Positions 8,298-17,475 of a stretch of DNA of 64,000 bases are shown one piece after another (within the stretch, counting starts at the first letter, position 1; each line of letters begins with the position of its first letter). This DNA is from a plasmid, in sequence record NZ_CP104306.1. One strand, given 5' to 3'. Under the pieces are notes generated by a model. It made no database searches and was not told where the DNA came from. It saw nothing but the letters and a program-made list of their open reading frames with translations. The position numbers and the translations under genes were made by a program.

Positions 8298-8540
8298 TTG
8301 ATACACCACCTTTTGAAGTTGTTTCACCGACTCACTCATCTCAATTTTCAATACACGGCGTCAAGCGCCAACACTCTTCGATCGAGTTCATTGATGAATC
8401 TGCGAAGTTGCCAGTTTTTTTTGCGACGTCTTTGCGCCAAAATAACCTCCGACATGTCAACTCCGTTACCACTGTACCAAAAAAGCTTAGTGGTGAATCA
8501 CAACCCCGTCGGATCATGGTTCATCACTAAGCTTAGAATG
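8298..8540 (-). ncRNA. Candidate IS110 bridge/guide RNA region (non-coding left end upstream of the transposase)
   Basis: IS110 elements encode a structured bridge RNA in their non-coding end (established knowledge). Here a 15-bp inverted repeat AAGCTTAGTGGTGAA ... TTCATCACTAAGCTT lies at 8483-8534. Confidence 0.3.
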
Positions 8541-8807
8541 TTTTTTTGCTGATTTTTAATCAGCTCAACAACTAATGCTATCAGGGCTACGACAAACGTG
8601 CCGAACCCTAGCATAAGCTGTAAAGCGTCCGAAATGGACACAAGGCTTCTCCTTTCGTTGGTATCGTGGTACGTTGGTTTTTACACCATAAGCACCACCT
8701 CCAATCTACGGAAGTCGCCACCGTCTTTAACTTTTCTGCCACGTCTAGTATAGCATATAATTGGCTTCGTTCCTAGAGGCGCAAGGCATACAGCAGTCTT
8801 GCTACCG

Positions 8808-8840
8808 AAAAAAAGCCTCTTCGGCCAAGGCCGAGAAGCG
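8808..8840 (-). terminator. Rho-independent terminator downstream of the ArdC-like gene
   Basis: Minus-strand hairpin CGCTTCTCGGCC ttgg GGCCGAAGAGGC followed by TTTTTTT. Confidence 0.5.
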
Positions 8841-8980
8841 TGGGGCGCCTGCCCCGCCCACGCGCTTCGGGCATCTGCCTGCCGCGAGGATTAGATCCGA
8901 TCTCGGCAACATGATGCAACGGAACGGCAAAACCCAGCCGTTCTCGTCGCCAGCTCGACTGAAACCCAGCAGGTAGGGCA

Positions 8981-11527
8981 TTACATACTTTGCTCTAGTC
9001 CTGATGCACGTTGTTTTTTCTGCTGATGTTGTGGCTTAACCGGCTGAGTTTGTTGATACTTCTGCTCATCTTCCTTGTCAACGGCATTGTACCCGTACTG
9101 TTTAATGAGATAGGCGCACTGTTGAGGATCGTTGGCTTCAAAGTAGCCCACAACTTTATCAGGCTGTTTAGTATCCACTAGCGCAAATTCATCCTGACCC
9201 TTATCAACTAGTTGGGCCGTTTTTCCATCCTGACGACGATAGGTTTGTTCTAACTGCTGATCCATTGTTGCTGGATGTTGGGCCAACTTGGCTAACTCAT
9301 TCCAGTCTTTAGCAATTTTAGTCACTGGCAGAATGCCATTATCAGCTTGATAGCGCGTGTTGTAGTAAGAGGACTTAGCCGCTAAGTGTTCTCGGTCATG
9401 ATCCTCAATACCGGGGTTTAATTTCTTTGTAATGGTATCCCAATCAGGCTGCTGCTCACTAGTGCGGTTAGCTTTGATGAACTTTGCCGCGGTTAGTAAA
9501 GCCTCATCTGAATTAAAGTTAGTTTTTCCTGGGTTGGGATCGATGAGCACGCTGCTTTTGGCAATGGCTTGTGGCAGCGGAAAAGACTGCTGGAAGTTCG
9601 TTGAAAGGTTGGTTGTTGCTTTAACTGCTGCTGCCAACTCACGCCAATCAATGCCCGCCTGATTCGCTGCTTGTTTTAAGTCTTGGTAAGTCGCCTGGGT
9701 GATCGCATTATCCTGTGGGAAAAGCGGCTTAAAGGTAGTTGCCTCGGCTTCGGTATTCGCTAAGATGGAATCCTGCAGCTTGTCATAAAGCTGATGACCG
9801 GCAGGGTCATTGTCGGAGCCAACATAAATAGTGGCTGGCAGTTGCCCTTTTGTTTTATACATATTGACCGCCATATTCACGACACTTTCAACTTTGGTAC
9901 CATCAACTGAGGCAATCATGCAATTCGTTAGCTCTGGGTGTTGTGTCCAGTAACTCAACGCGTCAATCGGTGACTCAAAGACATACAAGTCTTGAGGTTT
10001 CCCCAAGCTAAAATTGAAACCAAAATCAGATTGTGAGTTTGCCGCGATCTTTTTTTGAGTCCCACGTTTACCGTATTGTTTAAAATCAATTTCAGTGCCT
10101 TGAATACTAGCGCCAACTGCCTTACCGTTGCGTGCCCATTGAAAGATCAGATTGTTTTGTGAGTCCTGAAAAATGAGTCCCTTTTGGTACAGGCGGTCCA
10201 CTAGATGAGGATTAATCCCTCTGGCGATGGTGAGGTAATCCCGCGCTCGATCAAAGCTATCAGCTCGTTTCAAGTAGTTATGATAGGCTGCCTTCGGCGC
10301 GGTTTGAATCTTTGTTTCATCGTAGTGACCAGCGTTGAGAAACTTGACAGCCTGATAGAAGCCTTTCTGATCTAAAAAGGTGGTGGCGAATTCAATCGCA
10401 CCACCACCTAAATTCTGGGAGTTCCATTTCCATAGGTTCTTTTTAGCATCAATGACTAAAGAGTCGTGATCGACACCGCGGTAGTAATCGCGAGAATCCT
10501 CGGTGAGATCAATGCCGGCGTTGCGCGCAATATCCACTAACGACAATTTCCGTGCCCGATCAATTTCAGATTGCGTCAAACGCTCACGTTTACCGCTATT
10601 GAGATTGGTTGTTTGTTCCGGAGCATCGTTAAGCGTTGCTTCTGCGGTCTGTGCTTGATCAAAGCCCAAAGTTTGAGCGGCTTGATCAGACATCTCGATG
10701 GTATGCACACTGGCCTCATTAATCTCTTTGAGGGCTTGTGCCATCACTTTAGGATCCTTCGCCCAAGTGGCCACATATCCTAATGAATAGTCACCAGTGT
10801 CGATGCCAATGTTTTGCATGGCAATATAAGCGACGGATTCGGCTTGCGCTTCTTTCCAAGCGCGTGGTCGATCAGCAAATGCCTGACCAATGCCATGTAA
10901 CTGACTGTGGCCGTACTCATGAAACAGCGTCTTGAGTTTCATAGCCGCATCTGTTTCTTGTGGACTAATCACAATTTCTTGGGTAGACGGCCGAAAGAAA
11001 CCACGAACCCCCGGTTCATCAATAGGCGCTTCACTGACCTTAACGTGACCTTCGGTATTGATGGCATCAACGACAGCGTGATATAAACGATCCACGTTTT
11101 GGTGATCACCCAACCGTTCCTTAATAAAATCGTTTGCGGATAGTAAAGCTTTGCCCTTGGTTTGACTGACATCGAATACTGAGCCGTAGCGATAACCAAC
11201 AATTGCTCGTTCAGCGGTCGTTTTGTATTTGACCTGTTCCTCTGGCGTCAGCTTCTTAACAATTGGCATGGTGATCTTGATGGCGTGTTCACCCTTGCGA
11301 ATGTGACGACCTAATTTGTCCCACTGCTTAAAACCGGCCACCCGGGTCGCATTAGGATGCTGCATATTAATCAAGAGCACGTTGCGGACGGAGTAGCCAT
11401 GGAAGGCAGCGTTTTGCCGAAGGTACTGCTTAAACTTTCGGGTATCGGCAAGTGCGCTCAATTGTTCTGTGGCTCGCTGCGCCATCTCATGTTCCCAGAC
11501 TTTGATCTCAGCTTTAGTCCTCGCCAT
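8981..11527 (-). CDS. ArdC-N (DUF1738) / zincin HExxH / Toprim multidomain protein (LtrC-like anti-restriction / primase-like), 848 aa
   Basis: YSVRNVLLI...ATRVAGFKQWDKLGRHIRKGEHAIKI is an ArdC-N ssDNA-binding motif. FHEYGHSQLH is an HExxH metalloprotease motif. C-terminal FESPIDALSY ... YVGSDNDPAGHQ is Toprim (E ... DxD). The start is at MARTKAEI, with GGAGGAGG 9 nt upstream. Confidence 0.75.
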   Translation of the reverse strand: MARTKAEIKVWEHEMAQRATEQLSALADTRKFKQYLRQNAAFHGYSVRNVLLINMQHPNATRVAGFKQWDKLGRHIRKGEHAIKITMPIVKKLTPEEQVKYKTTAERAIVGYRYGSVFDVSQTKGKALLSANDFIKERLGDHQNVDRLYHAVVDAINTEGHVKVSEAPIDEPGVRGFFRPSTQEIVISPQETDAAMKLKTLFHEYGHSQLHGIGQAFADRPRAWKEAQAESVAYIAMQNIGIDTGDYSLGYVATWAKDPKVMAQALKEINEASVHTIEMSDQAAQTLGFDQAQTAEATLNDAPEQTTNLNSGKRERLTQSEIDRARKLSLVDIARNAGIDLTEDSRDYYRGVDHDSLVIDAKKNLWKWNSQNLGGGAIEFATTFLDQKGFYQAVKFLNAGHYDETKIQTAPKAAYHNYLKRADSFDRARDYLTIARGINPHLVDRLYQKGLIFQDSQNNLIFQWARNGKAVGASIQGTEIDFKQYGKRGTQKKIAANSQSDFGFNFSLGKPQDLYVFESPIDALSYWTQHPELTNCMIASVDGTKVESVVNMAVNMYKTKGQLPATIYVGSDNDPAGHQLYDKLQDSILANTEAEATTFKPLFPQDNAITQATYQDLKQAANQAGIDWRELAAAVKATTNLSTNFQQSFPLPQAIAKSSVLIDPNPGKTNFNSDEALLTAAKFIKANRTSEQQPDWDTITKKLNPGIEDHDREHLAAKSSYYNTRYQADNGILPVTKIAKDWNELAKLAQHPATMDQQLEQTYRRQDGKTAQLVDKGQDEFALVDTKQPDKVVGYFEANDPQQCAYLIKQYGYNAVDKEDEQKYQQTQPVKPQHQQKKQRASGLEQSM

Positions 11528-11762
11528 CTTCACCATCCTCCTCCCATGTAACGTTGTTTTCTGCACCAGGAACTGGTTTGATGATCGGCTCCAAAGCGTA
11601 TAACGGTCGATACTGATTGTCGGTAATCCGCTGCCAAGCGACCTGTCTCATTTTGATGGACGTTGGTTGCAAGCTAATAGTTGGATACTCATCTAATCTA
11701 TCAATGACAGGCAGCTCACTACCGAGCACTTGCATTTCATCTGCATAAATAGCTGGCATCAT
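11514..11762 (-). CDS. Small protein (82 aa) with acidic tail WEEDGEDGED; its last codons form the RBS of the ArdC-like gene
   Basis: Start MMPAIY is preceded by AAAGGAA. There is a 14-nt overlap with the downstream gene start. Confidence 0.4.
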   Translation of the reverse strand: MMPAIYADEMQVLGSELPVIDRLDEYPTISLQPTSIKMRQVAWQRITDNQYRPLYALEPIIKPVPGAENNVTWEEDGEDGED

Positions 11763-11800
11763 TATTTTCCTTTCTATATAGAAGGCAAACAAAAAACGCC

Positions 11801-13045
11801 CTAGTAAAAGCGCGTCTGTTGTTCCTGTTTCTTCTTGTCTTTTTCGCGTTCGCGATCCTGATCAGCCTGGCGTCTTTGATATTCGCGTTTGGCTAACCGC
11901 TGTGCCTTGATATCGGCGCTGAAAATCTTTTGTAGGCCATTCAAGTGATTGGCTACTGATGGTTGATGCTGCGTTTTAGAGACTGCCTCCTGCTCAGAAC
12001 GATAAGCTGATATATCTTTTAAAATGCTGTTACCCATCCGGGCATACAGTTCATGTAATTTGTTATCGGTGTAGTCTTGCGCACGGTTAGCTTCTTTTGT
12101 GCCACTACCATACAAGGCTTCACGGAAACGTGTTTCTTGTGTGAGTAGTTGTTTAAATTCGCCCAACTCTTCTGGCTTACAACGCATCAAATAGTTTCGT
12201 GACATGGCATCTAACTGCTCACGATATGGCTGCATGGCATTGTTGTTGTACTTCCAAAGGCGGCGATCACGCGGCAAGCTTTTGACAAGCTCTTGATACC
12301 TAACGGCAAAGTCTAGGCTGCTCTGATGACGCCAAACAGAACGCTGATCGGGTTGCAGTCGTTGACGAATGAGGTCACTGATCCGTGCAAGTGAACGATC
12401 GCGATCAACCATTTCGTTAGCAAAGGCAGCTTTGAAATGGTTCAAGATCTTCTTGGGTACATAACCTTTGCGCTGCCATTCTTGATAGGTCTCACCGTGC
12501 CTACCTTCGACCGTAACTCGTTTCCATTCACGGGTAGGTTGCGGCTCCACAATGGCAACATGGATATGAATGTTGTCTGTGTTGCGGTGAATTGCAGCAG
12601 ACCAAATAGCTGAATGTGCCATACCCATCTTGCTGGTGAAGTCATGCATGGCGACCCGGGTAGCGTCCCGCAACTTGGCTTCATCTAATTGTTTGGTCTT
12701 CGGATTGTAGACATTGTTTTCAACTAGGAAGTCGTTACGGAAACTGAATACGGACTGCCACATGACTGACTGATGCTTTTGTGCCACGGTGAATTGTTTC
12801 TTTAACTGGACGCGTTGTGTTGGTGTCAGACGATCATATTGATCAGTGAAGATGCCGGAAGACTTTTTCGGATTTTCCATGTAGTGGTTGTAGCCGTCAA
12901 CTGATAGAATGTTTTGTTGGTCAAAGTGATCAATCCGAATCGCCTCGTCTCGATCAATGTAGTTGATGTAGCTGCCAAACTTTTTGGCATGGGCCGCGAC
13001 AAAATCAGTCACATTGACAATGCCAGGCGATACACGATTAGGCAT
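11801..13045 (-). CDS. Conjugative relaxase, MOBQ/MobA-MobL type (414 aa)
   Basis: Catalytic Tyr region FGSYINYIDRDEA near the N-terminus. Motif III is HRNTDNIHIHVAIV (HxDxD/NxHxH). Start MPNRVS has RBS GAGGTGGTGG. Confidence 0.8.
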   Translation of the reverse strand: MPNRVSPGIVNVTDFVAAHAKKFGSYINYIDRDEAIRIDHFDQQNILSVDGYNHYMENPKKSSGIFTDQYDRLTPTQRVQLKKQFTVAQKHQSVMWQSVFSFRNDFLVENNVYNPKTKQLDEAKLRDATRVAMHDFTSKMGMAHSAIWSAAIHRNTDNIHIHVAIVEPQPTREWKRVTVEGRHGETYQEWQRKGYVPKKILNHFKAAFANEMVDRDRSLARISDLIRQRLQPDQRSVWRHQSSLDFAVRYQELVKSLPRDRRLWKYNNNAMQPYREQLDAMSRNYLMRCKPEELGEFKQLLTQETRFREALYGSGTKEANRAQDYTDNKLHELYARMGNSILKDISAYRSEQEAVSKTQHQPSVANHLNGLQKIFSADIKAQRLAKREYQRRQADQDREREKDKKKQEQQTRFY

Positions 13046-13475
13046 CAGCACCACCACCTCGATGGTGTACTTGAGTCGTTTGGTGACGAATGTACTCCGT
13101 CTTAATTTGGTCACTGACAATCCTACGAGCAACCGTAGTTGGCTTCATTGTGTCATCGGGAATGGGTAAATTATCCCAGCCGTTTTGAACGACAACACCG
13201 TCAAACAGTTTCAACAAGACCAGCAAGTTACGGTCGATAAAGTTAATCTTTTTCTCAAGCGGGGCAAGTGCGTTCTGAACACTCTCGCTGACGTTAGAGG
13301 CACGTTCGTTAGCTTGGTCAAGTTGATTATTAAGCCGGTGCTCATCATCCAACAGTGACTTAATCGCTGCACTAAGGGTCTCAATTTGATGAGCCGCCAT
13401 ATAAGTTTTTAGCTCTTCATCTGAGGCTAACGCATCATCACTTGAGTCAACAAAAAATGTCTTCCTGGTTCGCAA
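13038..13475 (-). CDS. Relaxosome accessory protein candidate (about 145 aa)
   Basis: Overlaps the relaxase start by 8 nt. Coiled-coil-like. Start at TTG 13473-13475 after AGGAGGG. The tracked ORF extends to 13493. Confidence 0.45.
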   Translation of the reverse strand: MRTRKTFFVDSSDDALASDEELKTYMAAHQIETLSAAIKSLLDDEHRLNNQLDQANERASNVSESVQNALAPLEKKINFIDRNLLVLLKLFDGVVVQNGWDNLPIPDDTMKPTTVARRIVSDQIKTEYIRHQTTQVHHRGGGADA

Positions 13476-13513
13476 AGTAATCCCTCCTAACAAAGTTATT
13501 GAAGTTAATGAAG

Positions 13514-13771
13514 CTAATGAAGCTGTTCGACCTCTTTACTAAGGTCTCGAAAAGCAGCCGTGTTTTGTTCAATGATGACTGCCATTTGCTTCGTTAGCTC
13601 GCGCAAATCTGACACATCACCGCTGAGTAAGTGGTCGGTTGCGTCATGATGAATGAGCATTCGAAGATACTCTTCGCGTGACAAACGGCTGCGCTTTGCT
13701 GCATCATCCAAGGCAGCTAAATCTTGTTCAGAAAGATTTCTAATGATGGTTGTATGAGCCAAAAAAATCAA
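13514..13771 (-). CDS. Ribbon-helix-helix-like small protein (85 aa)
   Basis: TIIRNLSEQDLAALDDAAKRSRLSREEYLRMLI fits a beta-strand, helix, helix pattern. Confidence 0.45.
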   Translation of the reverse strand: MIFLAHTTIIRNLSEQDLAALDDAAKRSRLSREEYLRMLIHHDATDHLLSGDVSDLRELTKQMAVIIEQNTAAFRDLSKEVEQLH

Positions 13772-13968
13772 TCCTTTCTTTTTATTGTTCTATTTATAAA
13801 CAGCATGGCTTCCAAAATATTTGATTTGTTGACCTTAAGGTTGTACTTAGCAAGCTCCGGATTTTGATTTAGTTCCCGTTGCTTTTCAGCTACAAGGTGA
13901 TCCAACTTTGCGATTGCCTGATCGCTCAAGGTCATCATGACTCGACGTGTTTCGTTTTGTTTATCCAT
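13768..13968 (-). CDS. CopG/RHH-family DNA-binding protein (66 aa)
   Basis: Start MDKQNE has GAAGGAGG upstream. VMMTLSDQAIAKLDHLVAEKQ is a canonical RHH. Confidence 0.55.
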   Translation of the reverse strand: MDKQNETRRVMMTLSDQAIAKLDHLVAEKQRELNQNPELAKYNLKVNKSNILEAMLFINRTIKRKD

Positions 13969-14290
13969 CTCAAAGCCTCCTTCATAGTGATGACAAACTG
14001 TCGCCTGGCAAACCCACACAGCATTAAAATCGCGTCACGTTACCGGACGATTTTTGGTAAACCGTTACGACTACTCTGGTCAAAACGTGAACGTTTTTCA
14101 CCAGGCAAACGATCAGAAAAATCTGAGTTGCGAACCAACCGGCCTCAAAAATGGCCCGATCGAAACAAGCGCATTTTTAGGGTGATCTGACATGTCCCTA
14201 AATAAAGAAAGAGCATAAGGTAAAACTGCTATCAAAATTGATAGAAACCGCAGTGCGGTTTGTTTTATAGTGCTAGCAGGTAGATGCTTT

Positions 14291-14431
14291 TACGTGTAGT
14301 GATTCCAAACTTACTCCACGTGAAAAAAACTTGAACGTGTAGTAAAACGCGTTTTACTACACGTGGATTATGCTTGTTGTGACAAGGGATAGCGCCGTTT
14401 ACGTGTAGTAAATGACGTTTTACTCCACCTG
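14291..14431. promoter_or_regulatory. oriT-like / operator inverted-repeat array: a perfect 30-bp palindrome plus two imperfect flanking copies
   Basis: ACGTGTAGTAAAACGCGTTTTACTACACGT at 14335-14364 is a perfect palindrome. Related units ACGTGTAGTGA..TTACTCCACGTG (14292-14322) and ACGTGTAGTAAATGACGTTTTACTCCACCTG (14401-14431). The array sits between the mob/RHH operon start and the end of the T4SS operon. Confidence 0.5.
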
Positions 14432-14562
14432 AGCAAGAATATTCGCTTTTTGGTCATAAACGAGCACTTTTTGGTGTTGCAACGTTCACAACTAACTAGT
14501 GACTTGACGACAACATGAAGTGCACACGACAAGTTGCACTAACCGCAATCTCACATGTGCAC

Positions 14563-15396
14563 TCAATGATGAGCGTAATGTTGATAGCGCTTCTCGTAAC
14601 TTTGAAGATTACTTTGCGCCACCTTAATGGCACTTTGCGTGTCGCTGATGTCCTGTTTCTTGTCTTGTATATTCGTTTCTGTTTGCGTCATGCGTTGTTC
14701 AGTTGCTCGTTTTTGTTTGCCGACTTGCAAGTTGGCGGTGTCTTTTTGACGGGCTAAACTAGTCTTCAAAATTTGCAGATCATGATTGTATTGGACTAGC
14801 TTCTTTTCTAAGGAAGCGACTCGGTTGGTCGTGTTGCTGCGCAAAATCTTGAGGTAGTTTTTAAGATAAACGCCTTCGGTTAGGGACGTTACCTTGGTAG
14901 GATGGCGAAGGTCTAGGAGAACAAAATCAATGGCACTCGTGACCCCTGACAAGTCTTTTTTGGAACCTAGTTTGACAAACAAGCGGCCATTGCTGATCGC
15001 ACTTTTCTTAAGCTTGACCACGTAATAGTCATCGGCGATCTGTTTCAATTGGGTATGAAAGTCATTGCCGCTATGTGTCTTTTTGGTCACGACGACAGTC
15101 GTTAAAGGTGCCAGCGGGTCGATGGTGTTCTTGGTTACATAGAAGTACATGGCGGCGTTTTGTTTGTCTGTATCGACCCCGGCAAATTGAAACTGGTTGT
15201 TGCCTTGATCGAAAGTCTGGCCAAGACTGATTTGTTTGTTGTCGGTTTGGCGAGGCCATAAAACGATCGCAAAAATGAGCAAAGAAAAAGCTGCTAGGAG
15301 AATGCCAAGCAGTTTGACGTAGCGAAGACTGTACTTGTTTTTGTCTTGAAAGTGAATACCTTGATTCATCATTTTAATGTTCACCTGCCTTGCCAC
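14563..15396 (-). CDS. T4SS-associated membrane-anchored protein with a coiled-coil C-terminus (277 aa)
   Basis: Single N-terminal transmembrane helix (LLGILLAAFSLLIFAIVLW). Last gene of the tra operon. Confidence 0.5.
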   Translation of the reverse strand: MARQVNIKMMNQGIHFQDKNKYSLRYVKLLGILLAAFSLLIFAIVLWPRQTDNKQISLGQTFDQGNNQFQFAGVDTDKQNAAMYFYVTKNTIDPLAPLTTVVVTKKTHSGNDFHTQLKQIADDYYVVKLKKSAISNGRLFVKLGSKKDLSGVTSAIDFVLLDLRHPTKVTSLTEGVYLKNYLKILRSNTTNRVASLEKKLVQYNHDLQILKTSLARQKDTANLQVGKQKRATEQRMTQTETNIQDKKQDISDTQSAIKVAQSNLQSYEKRYQHYAHH

Positions 15397-15781
15397 CAGC
15401 CAGCACTTTGTCGATTTGCTGCTCTTGATGACCCGTGTACTGCGTCACCACTTTGCCCTTTTTATAATGAACTAGGGTCGGTACCTTCGTGATGCCTAAC
15501 GCTGCTGCCGCTTCCTTGTTTTGCTCATTAGCAACGCTGGCAAACTTGAGTTGTCCGGTCACTGAACGCCAGAAGTAAGTGCGATAAACTTGCTGGCAAA
15601 CTGAACACGTAGGACTGTAGTAAAGAATATATTGATCCTTCTTTTGTGCATTGATGGTGATCGGTGTTGCCACATTGATCATTGCTTTCGGTGCGTAAAC
15701 ATAGAGTGCTGATAGAGAAAATGTAGCGATGGCAATGCCTATCACCGTATTGATGAGGAAATGTCTAAATGGATGCTTCAC
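15374..15781 (-). CDS. Membrane-anchored thioredoxin-fold protein (CxxC)
   Basis: N-terminal transmembrane helix. YYSPTCSVCQQV is a CxxC motif. C-terminal thioredoxin-like region. Confidence 0.6.
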   Translation of the reverse strand: MKHPFRHFLINTVIGIAIATFSLSALYVYAPKAMINVATPITINAQKKDQYILYYSPTCSVCQQVYRTYFWRSVTGQLKFASVANEQNKEAAAALGITKVPTLVHYKKGKVVTQYTGHQEQQIDKVLAGGKAGEH

Positions 15782-16422
15782 GGTGTCACCCCCGATAGTG
15801 CGCGATTAGAATCAAAGGCGGCTAGCTTATAGTCGTTGCTGACCTTCCTGACCGTCCCTTGAAAAACCATCGTGGTTTTCTTATTTGTGTTGGACTTGTT
15901 GTTACCAAGTTCGTAACGTGCCATTAACAAGTAGTCATCACCCTGTGGCGTGACAAAAATACGCAGGTCGTTAATAGTCGATTCTTGGAACCCATTCGCG
16001 CTAATGGGTGTGTCACGATCAGGCATGAAAGTCTGGATCGCCTCACCCGTTAGATAAGGTTTCATGGCTTCATACTGACCCATTGTGGTGGCCGTTTTAG
16101 GCGAGTACATGCCTTGCAACAGACCATTCATCATTACTGTGATCTTCTGTGTTGTGTCTGTTAGATTGTCTGATTGAGATGATGTCGTGTTTGCTTTTTT
16201 ACTCGCGCTGTCAGAGTTGCTTGACGCATGATTGACTTGATTAGAAATTTTTAGCGCCTCTAATTGCGTCTCTAATGATTCATTTTTAGACGCCATGATA
16301 CGGAGTTCTTGTTTCTGCTGACTGATGTTTTTGTTGGCTGTATTGGCTGACGCCCAGTCATAGGCACCGGCACCAAGTGCGAGGATCATCATGACACTGA
16401 CCAGCATTATTTTACGATTCAT
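15778..16422 (-). CDS. T4SS-associated secreted/anchored protein (214 aa)
   Basis: N-terminal signal/transmembrane segment. Tight 4-nt overlaps with neighbours. Confidence 0.5.
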   Translation of the reverse strand: MNRKIMLVSVMMILALGAGAYDWASANTANKNISQQKQELRIMASKNESLETQLEALKISNQVNHASSNSDSASKKANTTSSQSDNLTDTTQKITVMMNGLLQGMYSPKTATTMGQYEAMKPYLTGEAIQTFMPDRDTPISANGFQESTINDLRIFVTPQGDDYLLMARYELGNNKSNTNKKTTMVFQGTVRKVSNDYKLAAFDSNRALSGVTP

Positions 16423-16437
16423 GTTTACCTCCTTGTT

Positions 16438-17475
16438 CTATGGTCTGACTGCAAAGTCTGGTTCATAGTCTTTATAGGGACGAATGTGACAGACGTCATT
16501 GGGTTCAGGTTCCTCGATCACTTGACCATCACCAGCGTAAAAAGCAATGTGATGTGACGCGCCATGATCACCATAAAAGATCATGTCACCTGGTTGTAGT
16601 TCACTCATGACAGGTTTGCCACCATTGAATAGCATCGTGCCTTTACTCTCCAAAGACACCGTGTATTGTGGGTAAGATTTATGCGTGACTTGCATTAAGA
16701 CGTAACCAACAAAGCCGGAACAGTCCATGCCAGTCGCTGGGGATTTGCCACCCCAAACATAGGGAACGCCAAGATATTTCTTCGCTTCGGTAATGATGGC
16801 ACTACCGTTACCCACACTTCCAGCGCCAGAGTTGCACGTCGTTGCCAATGTGGCACTGGCATCTGCTCCAAATTCAAGCATTGTTTTTTTGACGGATGGT
16901 ACCCAGCTGGCATTTAGTCCCGTGGGATCGTTAGCCGCACCCACAGGACAGTAGACCGAACCAAGCTTCTCAACCGTTGATAACTGTCGCTCGACAACCA
17001 GATTATGCAAGGTGGCCGCGGTTGCGTCGATGCCTGCTTCAATAGTCGGATATGAAATGATGGTGCTACCTGACATCTGGCCTGACGGATTGTTTTGATT
17101 ACGCACGGCCGAACTTTTTCCCCACCCACTTTCGTGTCCCATGATGGACGCAAAAAGAGCAGGTGAAACGCCTGCCTTGTTTGCTGCTTTGATAGTGTAG
17201 TCAGCTTCATCTTTGAGCACGCCACTCGTAAAATATTTGGCCCATGCTTGCTGATAGGTGTCTTTGTTGAAATTACCCGTGGCCGAAATGCTACCGGTAA
17301 TATCGCAGTCGCTACCGCCGCCTTTCTTATCGTTCAACCCTGCAAACATGGCTGCGATGAGGACCATGAACAAAACAAAAAACAGTACGAAACTGCTTAA
17401 GCTGCCAAAGATCAAACGCAACAACCAACGTTTGCTATGAGTTTTCACATTAGGCACCACCCTTAAAGACGGCAA
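16438..17475 (-). CDS. T4SS peptidoglycan hydrolase (glucosaminidase/lysozyme-like plus NlpC/P60 domains; PrgK/TraG-like)
   Basis: N-terminal transmembrane helix. SIMGHESGWG glycosidase motif. NlpC/P60 Cys region KYLGVPYVWGGKSPATGMDCSGFVGYV. The His region is near the C-terminus. Confidence 0.8.
   Translation of the reverse strand: MPSLRVVPNVKTHSKRWLLRLIFGSLSSFVLFFVLFMVLIAAMFAGLNDKKGGGSDCDITGSISATGNFNKDTYQQAWAKYFTSGVLKDEADYTIKAANKAGVSPALFASIMGHESGWGKSSAVRNQNNPSGQMSGSTIISYPTIEAGIDATAATLHNLVVERQLSTVEKLGSVYCPVGAANDPTGLNASWVPSVKKTMLEFGADASATLATTCNSGAGSVGNGSAIITEAKKYLGVPYVWGGKSPATGMDCSGFVGYVLMQVTHKSYPQYTVSLESKGTMLFNGGKPVMSELQPGDMIFYGDHGASHHIAFYAGDGQVIEEPEPNDVCHIRPYKDYEPDFAVRP

Larger units (their letters stand above)
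6980..8540 (-). mobile_element. IS110-family element (approximate boundaries; no terminal inverted repeats expected)
   Basis: DEDD transposase gene plus about 240 bp of upstream non-coding sequence with an inverted repeat. The AAGCTT-containing motifs at 6970-6977 and 8483-8534 may mark the ends. Boundaries are a guess. Confidence 0.35.

Noticed and set aside
13879-14190. Plus-strand 103-aa ORF across the RHH gene and oriT region
   Set aside because: It is antisense to the RHH gene and runs into the inverted-repeat array. No RBS.
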